DNA of 64,000 nt from Thalia democratica (Eukaryota). The stretch covers positions 25,854,001 through 25,918,000 of the forward strand of contig OZ241834.1 of the NCBI GenBank assembly GCA_965202585.1, written 5' to 3'. The notes under the pieces are model-generated. The model searched no databases. It was given only the letters and a program-made list of their open reading frames with translations, and had not been told where the DNA came from. The position numbers were made by a program, and so were the translations under genes. Positions 1 to 11,398 of this stretch are shown here, one piece after another (position 1 is the stretch's first letter; each line of letters opens with the position of its first letter).

Positions 1-880
1 ATATAAATAAGTTTTTAGTTATTTATAGTCTGTTATCAAACTTGTTTACATATTGAAATATATACTTCTTAATCAAGATTATTTTTTAACTTTATTCCTT
101 GTTAAACATATCTAAACAAATAATACAATACATATTCTCTAAAGTAGTTATTTTTGATCAGAATTACAAATGTTTTAATTAACAAAAGATCTCTTTTTAG
201 TTTCATATTGCTTATTCAACGAAAAAAAAAGCGCTCAAAAAATTTGGTCCAAGGAATCCTGGTGTACGAAAAAACTTTTCAGTTATGGAGTCATGCACCA
301 GGATACAGTTTAATGTCATGCCCAGGACATGTTAAGTGTTTTATCTTAAGAGCTGAGATAGCTTATTTTTAATAAATTGTTACTACTATAAATTAACAAT
401 AACTTTAAAAGATAAAATCAAACAAAGTATAAACTTTTTAAATCAAATAAAAAACGGATTGCTAATCTGTTTTCATTTCTTAAGTACTAATGTTATCACT
501 ATCAATTAGTATTTCTTGGAATACTATGAACTATATAACTTTTATTTGAAAATTAACTAAAATATTTCTTCAAAAGATAGAAAAACGTTTTACGCTCCTT
601 TTTTTTGTATGTTTTAGTTTTTGTTTTAAAAATAGTAGTTTGAAACATTTGAAAACGAATATTCATATGTCTAGTTGTATGTACCAATATAAGTTTTGTT
701 TAGTCAGATAAATTGTAAGATTAAATATAACTTCATTTTAACAAACCTGTAGCTAAAAACGTAAAAGATGATTTTTTTGTACATATGAACTACTCTTTTG
801 TTTATAAAGGCTTTAGTTGTTAAATTAGCGCTTTTTTTAGTAGATGGTATAACAATTACCTTTATATTTTTTTATATCTA

Positions 881-1087
<207 letters not shown>

Positions 1088-3324
1088 TTAATAACTACAA
1101 AGTCCCCGAAAATATTGCACAAATTTAGTAGAAAGTACAAAAACTTTTTCATGCAGTTAAAAAAAGTATAAAACATGCAAAGCTTCTTTTTTGTTTTTTA
1201 AGAATGAAACTTTTAATTTATTAGAAATATTACATCCAAGCTGTTAAATTAAACTGAGTAACAAATTTATAATGTACTTTTATAATTTAAAATTATAAAC
1301 TACTTTTCTAGCGCTTTACGTAATTCTGAATAGTCTAAATGCAGATGTAGTTGTAGTGTAAAGTGTAACAAAATTTCAAGTACTGTTTATAACAAATAAT
1401 AGTGAAACATGAAATAAATTAAGAGTTATCAAAGTAGGGATAACGTAATTGCTGTAAAACATAAATATTTGTTGTTTAGAGATGTATTGAAAAATTATTG
1501 ATAGACGATTATTGTTATATTGAACTCATTTATTTAAATAAAACAAAAGTATAGCAACTTATTATAAAACTAATTAGTTCAAAATGCATTAATACAAGAA
1601 CAACCGAATTGTACAGTGCTAAATAATTAGAACATTTTTTTATAAAATATAGTATTACATAATATATTTTTGATATTTTTAATAACTGTAATTTAATAAC
1701 TGGATTTAAAGAAAGGAAAACCATTATATAAAATGGAAATAAATATTTCGACTAGTCATAAAACTTAATGGGAGAATAGCTTAGGCATACTAAAATAAGT
1801 ACAACTTCGTGGCATGATGTTTTTGTTTAATCATAAAAATACTATAATCAGTGTATTTTTACAAAGATTGAAACATAATTTGTTTTCAATCATAATTACT
1901 TAAAACCTGAAGTTGTATAAAATAACACTTTTGTAGTTTAGAAAATAATAAAAATGTTTAAAATTCAATTTCAAAATATATGCTGTAGTAACTATAAGTT
2001 TATTGAAACATAGAAAACCTCTGAAGAATAGAATAGGAAATTTTTAAAAACGAAAGACAAATATGTTTGTTATATTTAATCGCTTGTTATAACTAATTAG
2101 CAAAGTCAAACTAGCACAATCTAAACGTCATGTTTTAATTGCGTAGTCATTAGTCTTAATGCATTTGTTTGGCAATAGTCATCAATGTTTTGAAATTTAC
2201 AAATCGTGTGTTGCAACTTTAATAACTGTATAACTAATTTTATAACTAAATTTTGAAAGTTTTGAATAACCTTGAATTTTTTGACTTTTGAGAAGTAGTC
2301 AAATATCTCATCCATTATTGTAAAATCTTAAATGGACCGTACTTCTTGTTTACAAAAGGTAAAACAACTCAGTCACAGTATAAAACTAGATGATTTAATA
2401 CTTTGAATATATTTTCATCTTATTTATGTCATTTTTAAAGATTTCTTTATTAACTATTTTAAAACAAACACAGTTTTTACTTTTTTTTCTTTAATACTGA
2501 CTTCAGAGTTTAGACTATACGTATAAGTACAATGTTATACAAATCTCTTCTCTAGAGTTAAACAGTTCAAACGTACCTACTACTTAATTACTTTTTATAA
2601 ATAGAAATTTAACACCTTTTATCGCCTTCTGAAAAAAAAAGTGTCAATTTATTAGAAAATATAACTATCATAAATGAGTTATTCAAAACTATCTCCTTCT
2701 AGATTACTAAAATAATTAAAACCAGAGTTATTTACTAAAATACAATACAACACACAGTTTATGCCAAAAAGTAATGCATTATATTATAGACTTACATATA
2801 ACCAATAATGTACTATTACCCCTTTCAACTCACAGATTTGTACGTCATGATATCTTAATTTTTGTATATAGACCAATTTTGCACCAAATTAAGCAGTAGT
2901 TTAGAGAAAATACTTATGCTTACGCATAAAGGCAAATCATGTGTAAACTAGTGTTTGTTTTGTACCATATAATATATATATGACTAACAATATATAATAA
3001 AAACTAAACAAACGTTTGAGTGCGCTTTAAAGTTAATTGTAAAGTAGATTATATAAAACTTAAGACATGTTTAAACATTTATTTTTTAAACTATTTTAAA
3101 GCTTCTAGAACCTAACAACAGACATATTCAACTTGTATCAAAAACATTAAGTCTAAAAACACAAAAAAAATTATTGGATGTATTTTGATATATATTTGTT
3201 TGGTTTTTCAATTTAAGTGTTTATATTTTACAGATACATTTTATTTCAAGATTTATTAAACACTGAACACTTATTTTCTAACATGTTAAGACTATTACAA
3301 CATTTTATTTTCAAAAAAGCTAAC

Positions 3325-3447
3325 CTTTAAAAGTTCCATATCTTCTTTAACCACCGTTTTTGAGTTGGCTAGATTTTTTTTCAAGCAATCATAGTATGTG
3401 TCTGGAATAGATAAAAATTCCATGCCACGCTCTCTGAGTTTAGTGAC
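3325..3447 (-). CDS. HPD: HPD internal exon (VTKLRERGMEFLSIPDTYYDCLKKNLANSKTVVKEDMELLK)
   Basis: ctag acceptor, gttagc donor; 123 nt, phase 0/0; LRERG.EFL..P.TYY motif of animal HPPD. Confidence 0.93.
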
Positions 3448-3922
3448 CTAGTAATTTTATTTATCTGATATGAGTAATTTATTTGAAATGTTTGTACTTA
3501 AAAAGGACGTTTTACGACATATAACTTATAAAGAAAAACTTTTCGGATGCTTATTTTATGTTATTAAAAGTATAAACATATACAAGAAACCAGCTTTTTT
3601 TTTGTAGCAAAAAGTTTTATTTACTAAAATTTTGATATTACACTGCATAAATTGTTTATTTAAAGGTTACAAACAGATGATATATTCAAATTAGTTTTCT
3701 AACTTATTCTCTTCATTAAAAAAAATATGAGATACTTTTAATTGCTAAAAGAAAGAAATATATAAGACAAAAAAAAACACTTTAAAAAAACTATTTTACG
3801 CTGTATAAAATCGTAAAAAATATTTTATGAATCAATCAAGTTTTTTAATACTGGTATAAAATTGAGCCTGCCAAAACAGACGTTTTCAAACATTAACTAA
3901 ATTATATAAGTATGTACTTTTA

Positions 3923-4198
<276 letters not shown>

Positions 4199-4807
4199 TT
4201 AAATAACATTTTTTTATTAAAAACTGTCCTAATGTAGTCAGTTTAAATTAGTTTTTTTCAAATATCTAGGGTAAACTAAAGTTATAACAACTAGTTGCAT
4301 ATTATGTTGTTTAAATTTTCCAAAACTATTTTTGCTATACTTGATAAGTTTTAAGAAAACAAGTTTTTAAAGTATTTTTTAGAGTTTCATAAATAATGTA
4401 AAAAAAAGTGTATAGTATTCTTTGTAAGACCTACTCCATTTTTAAAAAATTTCATTTATTTTGCAGGACTTTTAAACAGTATTTCTAAGTGAGTTGATTA
4501 CTTGAATAATTTGTTTATTTACAGATTTTTTCTTAAAACTCTAGCAGTATGTAACTAGATTACTATAAAAAGTATTTTATAAATATTAAAACACGTTAAA
4601 ACAATTTTGTGTTACCGAAACCAAGCAAAGAAACTTGTCTTTTACTTTTTGATCATAATGTTAAGGTACGACTACTAGTCAGTACAAAACTTATTCTCTA
4701 TCTCTAACAAGAGTTAAAGTGTACATGTTGGTTTAAGAGTCTTAAAATATGTACAACTAAGTTGAAAACTTGTTTTGTAGCAAAATTATTCCGTATAAAA
4801 CAATTAC

Positions 4808-4885
4808 CAGTCAGATGCTTCATTCATCTTATTTTCTGGTTGATTTCCTACACAATGGTCGATAAAAAGGAGATTTGATTTGGGT
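4808..4885 (-). CDS. HPD: HPD internal exon (L/PKSNLLFIDHCVGNQPENKMNEASD/W)
   Basis: tgcag acceptor, gtaatt donor; 78 nt, phase 2/2; IDH.VGNQP motif (iron-ligand His). Confidence 0.93.
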
Positions 4886-5038
4886 CTGCAATTGTAAATA
4901 CTTTTTATTTTGTTTTAATTCGAAACTTAAAGTTTCCTTTTAAAAGCACGAAAGGTACTTCTATTATGCAATATAAATGCGTAAAGACAGGAAGGAACAG
5001 TTTTAAAACACAGAACAATCAAAGATGCAATAAACTCA

Positions 5039-5236
<198 letters not shown>

Positions 5237-5455
5237 CTAAATAACATTTTAGTCTTAAATTTACCCTACTCTAAAAACTAAAAATTTTTGTTTAACTTTT
5301 ATGTTCTTACACGTTATTGCAAGTAGACTACAGAAATAACTCAAAACAATTTGATTAAACTTACAATAAAGAAGAACTGTGTTAATAAACTAAAAGTAAA
5401 CATACAATACTAAAAAAAAATAAATATATTTAAGCAGACTAGAAACTTGATTTAC

Positions 5456-5591
5456 ATCAATAAGTCCCCTGCAATCTTCTACAGAGAAAGCGATATCCTT
5501 AACAGCGTCTCCATGTTTTCCAAGGTGAGCTGTAAACTCTTCATTTCCAGGATTTAAAGCTGACTGGAACTCAAAAAGAATATCATTTTGT
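5456..5591 (-). CDS. HPD: HPD internal exon (K/QNDILFEFQSALNPGNEEFTAHLGKHGDAVKDIAFSVEDCRGLID)
   Basis: ttttag acceptor, gtaaat donor; 136 nt, phase 2/0; SALNP and HGD.VKDIAF.VEDC motifs. Confidence 0.94.
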
Positions 5592-6315
5592 CTAAAATTT
5601 AAAAAAAATCATATTCTAACTTGTTTTAAAAACAAAAAATGATTACATTTACTTAAGATTCTAAAATTAATTTTAATTATTTTCAAAAAAAACAGTTGTA
5701 TCTTTTATTTTACTTATTTAAATTAAAATTGTGTTAAGTTATATAAGTATTACACAGTATAAATTTTTTCTTTGTAATTCAAATGAGTTTTAATCAATTT
5801 CGTAGTGCTAAAAACTACAAAAATATACTACAAGAACTACAACTTAGCTTAAACAAGGGTGTTTTACTAGAATTAGCCAGTTTTAAAGTATTAAAACAAC
5901 ATTTAAACTACAACTCTAGCTTAAAAGCAACATAACGAACAAGTATTTTCATACTAAAGTAATGTTTTTTGTGAGTTTTATATTTCTTGTCTTTAAAGTA
6001 GCCGTAAGCAACTACTATGATAGCAGTGTATTTCAAAGTCTAAAACTGTACACAGTAGTGTGCACATGAATAATTTTGCAATGCACAAAAACTTAAATCG
6101 GTAGAAAATAGTTCTCGAATTTATTTTGTGATAAATCTTAATCTACTTGTCATAGCTATTGTAAATTGTCTAGTGTGTACAGACTGTATAATTCACTAAT
6201 CTATGTTGCATATTTTTATAAACATCTTTAAAACAAATGTTCTCAGTGAATAATTAAAAATTTACAGTGTTGTTTAACTAATTTGTAATAACTTTTAATG
6301 TTTAAGTCAATATTA

Positions 6316-6423
<108 letters not shown>

Positions 6424-8285
6424 TCAATTACAATTAAACTACAACTGAAACATGCTTAACAATTCAAAACTGGTGTAACACATAAATGTAAACAACATCG
6501 ATTGTTCAAAAGAAAGAGAACACTATTAACAAGTACACAATTTACAAAACAAAATACCTTAATAAAATGATGAACTTGTATAAACAAATCTTTTATTTTA
6601 CAAAGCTTACATCTACTTACTTGATTTAAGCTTTCTAATCTTGTCAAGCATATGAAATAAACCAATTGATTAGCTAAAACATGGTACAAAGAAAAGAAGC
6701 AAAAAACTTGTTACCACTTGTTTGTTAGCCTTATGTACGCTATACATAAGTAAACTGAAATTACTGTAACTTGTTGCTTTAAGCTGTGTAGTTTTTATAA
6801 ATCTAAAGAAGAAGAAAAAACTGGACAAAGCGAAACCAAAACTTTTTTTAGCCTTCATTTTTTTACAGCTTATTATGTGATGGTACAAGTTCCATAATAG
6901 GCAAACAACAATGTAAAACTTTGAATCAAGCAAATACTTTGTTTTATATGGTCTATAATTGAATAAGATAACAGTTACTTTGTTTCAAGTTTATATGTTA
7001 TTGCTACAACAGCTATGTTCTTAACGACATCCGAGAATAAAATGTAACTTATCCTAAGCTGTGTTTTTAACTACATTAACAGTAAGCTAGAGATAACTAG
7101 TTACGAATTTTGAAAAGCAAACATTTAGTCAATGAAATCAATGGTACAGAACATTATGATTAATCTAGGTTGAGTAAACTAAGAAATCACTATTAGCAGT
7201 AAAGCAGTTAAAACACATGTTTAACTTGGTAAGCACTTCAATCGTAAACTTTAAAAGACAGTACTGTTGTTGTTTCAAAATATGTTTCAAGAAAGTAGTA
7301 AGTTGTTCTATGTTGTTTCGACTGACTTTAAAACTTTATGAGAAGTGACAAAACAAAGTTTGAAAAAAAAACTTACTTGCATTATTTTCCAGTTAAAAAG
7401 TTTCAAAGATAGATTGAAAGGTTATGAGTGCTGATTGTAAACAAAGCTTTATTCAAACACTAAGTTTGTCAATCTTATTTCTAAACTTTTTCATTTAGAT
7501 TTTCTTACTCGATTTTATTTTGTATATAATGCTGCTTAAAAAATAAACCAACCTCTTTTTTTACGTAAAATTTTTCATCCAAAAGGTATCAGCTTTTGTT
7601 TAAGTTCAAATTTAGTGCTAGTGTTCATAAGCTTTTTCGACTTATTTACTTCTTTGAATTTAATTAACTTTATTTTGTTTGGAAAATTTACAACCAAATC
7701 CATTTGTTCACTTTTATCAGCACACTTTATTCGGTTGAAATCTGCAAAGTTAAAGTTCTTAGTTTGATCAAGGTTTAAGTTTAACGAGCAAAATTGCATC
7801 AGTTATTTTTTAAACTGTATAACAGCTTCAATCAGTTGTTTGAAACACTAATTGAATGTTAAACTACTTATCTTTTAAACTAGTTTTTCATACACACTGA
7901 AAAATAAAGTTTGTGTTTAAATGTAGTTTACAACTTTAAACAAGTATCATCATAGTTACTGTACAGCACGTTTTTGAAAGGTTGTTTGGAAAACATTGTT
8001 GTAAGGTAAGTTACTAGTATGTGCAACAACAAAGCTATCTAGTTGTCTGTTTAATAAAAGTTTTGAGTACATTGCTTATGAGTAATCATAAGCAGTAAAG
8101 CTAAAAAAAATGAACACTTTTATTCTTTTGGAATTACTTTTTACACATTAGTTTAAACTGTAATTAACTTGAACATACTTGATAGAACTTACGATTAACA
8201 AAACTCCATGAAATCGATATAATGAAATTTTGTTTAAGGTAAAAAAAAACCTTGTGCTTTGTTAAAACTTTATTACTTTAGGTGA

Positions 8286-8293
8286 GCGGCAAA
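8286..8293 (-). promoter_or_regulatory. E2F-consensus site (TTTGCCGC) ~350 bp upstream of H1; present in every unit and at 57446-57453
   Basis: Exact TTTSSCGC match in a small GC-richer island of an AT-rich spacer; function inferred. Confidence 0.35.
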
Positions 8294-8644
8294 GGAAAAC
8301 TCAGTCGGGAGTGTGTTAACATGTTTTGTTTCATTTATGTTTTTCTTAATGTATTTAGAGGTGTGCTGTAAGATACAGGCTGTTATTTCTGGACTTTTCA
8401 AACTAATGCTTTAAAAAAATTACTTTTAGAACAAGTTAAATATGGTTTCTTTCTTACTGGAACTTTTTCAACATTCTTAATAAGACAACTAAGTTTTTAT
8501 AAGCATATATGTCTTAAACAAACATGCTAATGCTTATATTAAGAAGTAAAAGGTACCTTGCAAAGCATAACTGCTCAACAGTCAATTCGTCACAGTCAGT
8601 AACTCTTGCAAGTATCGTTTTGGTCGCTTTAATATTCATTCATC

Positions 8645-9199
8645 ATGTCTACCACAGCAGTAGCAGCAGTACCAGCGCCAGCCAGGTCTTCCAAGAGACC
8701 AAGCGCCAAGAAGGCAGAGCACCCTACTTACAGGGAAATGATTAGCTCTGCCCTTGGAGCAATGAAGGAACGAAAAGGTACATCCCGCCAGAAGATACAA
8801 AAGTATATCGCGGACACCTACAAGCTTGACCTCACAGCTTCCAATTCTCACTTGAAGAGAGCACTTACCAGCGGCGTGACCAAAGGTGCTTTTCTCCAGA
8901 CAACTGGAAAAGGCGCTTCTGGCTCGTTCAAGCTTGCTCCAATGCCAGCTGCTGGGCCCAAGAAGAGGACAAAGAAAGTAGCTAAAAAGCCAGCAGCAAA
9001 GAAGGCCCCAGCTAAAAAACCAAAAAAGAAGTGTGCTCCCAAGAAGGCTGCAAAAAAACCAGCAGCCAAAAAGCGACCTGCTAAAAAGTGCGCTCCTAAG
9101 AAGGCAGCATCTAAAAAAGCTGCAAGCAAGAAGAAGAAAGTAACCAAGAAGAAGCCGGCAGCCAAAAAAGCATCCAAGAAGAAGAGCTGTAAAAAATAA
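8645..9199 (+). CDS. H1: Linker histone H1, copy 1 (184 aa)
   Basis: Globular domain (HPTYREMI...GKGASGSFKL) plus K/A/P-rich tail; 3' stem-loop. Confidence 0.96.
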   Translation: MSTTAVAAVPAPARSSKRPSAKKAEHPTYREMISSALGAMKERKGTSRQKIQKYIADTYKLDLTASNSHLKRALTSGVTKGAFLQTTGKGASGSFKLAPMPAAGPKKRTKKVAKKPAAKKAPAKKPKKKCAPKKAAKKPAAKKRPAKKCAPKKAASKKAASKKKKVTKKKPAAKKASKKKSCKK

Positions 9200-9216
9200 G
9201 TTGTTCTTTTACCCAA

Positions 9217-9232
9217 GGTCCTTTTCAGGACC
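9217..9232 (+). other. Histone 3' stem-loop after H1 (GGTCCT-TTTC-AGGACC); same in all 7 units
   Basis: 6-bp stem and 4-nt loop followed by ACTCA; fits the metazoan SLBP-binding consensus. Confidence 0.95.
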
Positions 9233-9288
9233 ACTCAAACAAAATATAACGTAACTCAAAATGCATAAAACAATGCTAAGTTGAAAAT

Positions 9289-9791
<503 letters not shown>

Positions 9792-9806
9792 GCGTTAGCT
9801 AAAACC

Positions 9807-9822
9807 GGTCCTTTTCAGGGCC
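9807..9822 (+). other. Histone 3' stem-loop after H3 (GGTCCT-TTTC-AGGGCC, one T.G pair)
   Basis: Read directly; same in all units. Confidence 0.95.
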
Positions 9823-9884
9823 ACCTTAAAACCTTGACAGTGAGAAAAACTTAACCGAACGTAAGTTAAGAGACTTTTTTGAGT

Positions 9885-10283
<399 letters not shown>

Positions 10284-10300
10284 TCGCTTTTAGCAAACCC

Positions 10301-10316
10301 GGTCCTTTTTAGGACC
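10301..10316 (+). other. Histone 3' stem-loop after H4 (GGTCCT-TTTT-AGGACC)
   Basis: Read directly. Confidence 0.95.
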
Positions 10317-10377
10317 ACCTAATTCAATATAAAAGTTTTACAACACTTTTGACAAGATTAAGCATTAGCTATGACAT

Positions 10378-10427
10378 ATGCAAATTAGTTTTTTGTTCGA
10401 CGCGGTTAGGTATGAGTTGTATATTGA
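10378..10427 (+). promoter_or_regulatory. H2A promoter: ATGCAAATTAG (10378-10388), GACGCGG, weak TATA-like TATATTGA (10420-10427)
   Basis: Octamer sits 88 bp before the ATG, as in H3 (92) and H4 (87). Confidence 0.72.
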
Positions 10428-10465
10428 GCTGTGCAAGCTATCATCACAATCATTCGAACAACAAA

Positions 10466-10846
10466 ATGTCAGGACGTGGTAAAGGATCAAAACTCAAATC
10501 TAAGCCGAAGAGCAGGTCTTCCCGTGCAGGACTGCAGTTTCCAGTCGGTCGCGTGCACCGCCTGTTGCGCACCGGCAACTACAGCCAAAGAGTCGGAGCT
10601 GGTGCTCCAGTTTATCTGGCTGCCGTTCTCGAGTACTTGAGCGCAGAAGTGCTCGAGCTTGCCGGTAACGCTGCTCGTGACAACAAGAAAAGCAGGATCA
10701 TTCCTCGCCATTTGCAACTAGCTATTCGCAACGACGAAGAGTTGAACAAACTTCTCGGAGGCGTCACAATTGCTCAAGGTGGTGTTCTTCCAAACATCCA
10801 GGCAGTACTATTGCCTAAGAAGACCGCTTCAAAAAAGTCAGCCTAA
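10466..10846 (+). CDS. H2A: Histone H2A, copy 1 (126 aa; true start MSGRGK at 10466)
   Basis: AGLQFPVGR...LLPKKT core; the ORF-track 5' extension runs through the promoter; no SQ(E/D)Y motif, so not H2A.X. Confidence 0.97.
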   Translation: MSGRGKGSKLKSKPKSRSSRAGLQFPVGRVHRLLRTGNYSQRVGAGAPVYLAAVLEYLSAEVLELAGNAARDNKKSRIIPRHLQLAIRNDEELNKLLGGVTIAQGGVLPNIQAVLLPKKTASKKSA

Positions 10847-10860
10847 GTTAAAAAAAACCA

Positions 10861-10876
10861 GGTCCTTTTCAGGACC
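10861..10876 (+). other. Histone 3' stem-loop after H2A (GGTCCT-TTTC-AGGACC)
   Basis: Read directly. Confidence 0.95.
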
Positions 10877-10930
10877 ACCAAAATATTTACAACAAACGAG
10901 AGAATTGTGAAGTGAGAGAAACCAGCTATC

Positions 10931-10978
10931 GTTCGCGTACGGAACTATGCTAATTTGCATAATTTTTCAGGATATAAA
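10931..10978 (+). promoter_or_regulatory. H2B promoter: GTTCGCGTACGG, inverted octamer CTAATTTGCAT (10950-10960), TATAAA (10973-10978)
   Basis: Reverse complement of the H4 module (ATGCAAATTAG...CCGTACGCG). Confidence 0.8.
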
Positions 10979-11009
10979 CCGGCGCCGAGACAGAAGTCCA
11001 CACATCATC

Positions 11010-11369
11010 ATGACAGCAACCAAAGGCGCGAAGAAGTCAGTAGCCAAGACCGCTCCGGTCGACGGCAAGAAGAAGCGAAGGAGGAGAAACAAAGAAAGCT
11101 TTGGCATCTACGTGTACAAAGTTTTGAAGCAAGTGCACCCCGACACCGGAATTTCCAGCAAGGCAATGGGAATCATGAACTCATTTGTCAACGACATCTT
11201 CGAGCGCATTGCAGCAGAGGCTTCACGTTTGGCTCATTACAACAAGAGGTCAACTGTTAGCAGCCGCGAAATTCAAACTGCTGTCAGGCTCTTGCTCCCC
11301 GGCGAGTTGTCAAAGCACGCAGTTTCAGAAGGAACTAAAGCTGTTACCAAATACACCAGCTCAAAATAA
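11010..11369 (+). CDS. H2B: Histone H2B, copy 1 (119 aa; start MTATKG at 11010)
   Basis: [23 protein letters not shown]...KYTSSK; the upstream in-frame ATG lies inside the octamer element, before the TATA box. Confidence 0.96.
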   Translation: MTATKGAKKSVAKTAPVDGKKKRRRRNKESFGIYVYKVLKQVHPDTGISSKAMGIMNSFVNDIFERIAAEASRLAHYNKRSTVSSREIQTAVRLLLPGELSKHAVSEGTKAVTKYTSSK

Positions 11370-11382
11370 ACGCTAAACAACC

Positions 11383-11398
11383 GGTCCTTTTTAGGACC
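11383..11398 (+). other. Histone 3' stem-loop after H2B (GGTCCT-TTTT-AGGACC)
   Basis: Read directly. Confidence 0.95.

Noticed and set aside
226-259. - strand GFLGPNFLSAF resembling the last HPD exon (GFGAGNF.SLF)
   Set aside because: The GAG core is not conserved, no AG precedes the GGA codon in phase 0, and the downstream residues do not match; the true last exon is probably left of the window
1530-2315. 64-aa ORFs in the long HPD intron
   Set aside because: No homology or splice support; ordinary AT-rich intron
6456-7799. Repeated spacer ORFs (77, 87 and 74 aa; also the 65- and 72-aa ORFs)
   Set aside because: Low-complexity AT-rich translations with no recognisable domain; several are broken in the other haplotype; they recur only because the spacer is repeated
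8941-9199. Possible frameshift of the Lys-rich H1 tail into an Arg-rich protamine-like frame
   Set aside because: The +1 frame hits TAG and TAA almost immediately (AAG TAG; GCT AAA gives TAA)
8848-9234. 128-aa (118-aa) antisense ORF over H1, and antisense or alternative-frame ORFs over H4, H2A and H2B
   Set aside because: Shadow frames of biased histone codon usage; no independent promoter or homology
10349-10465. N-terminal extensions of H2A (39 aa) and H2B (21 aa, 10947-11009) in the ORF track
   Set aside because: They start upstream of the TATA boxes and run through the octamer elements, so they would not be in the mRNA
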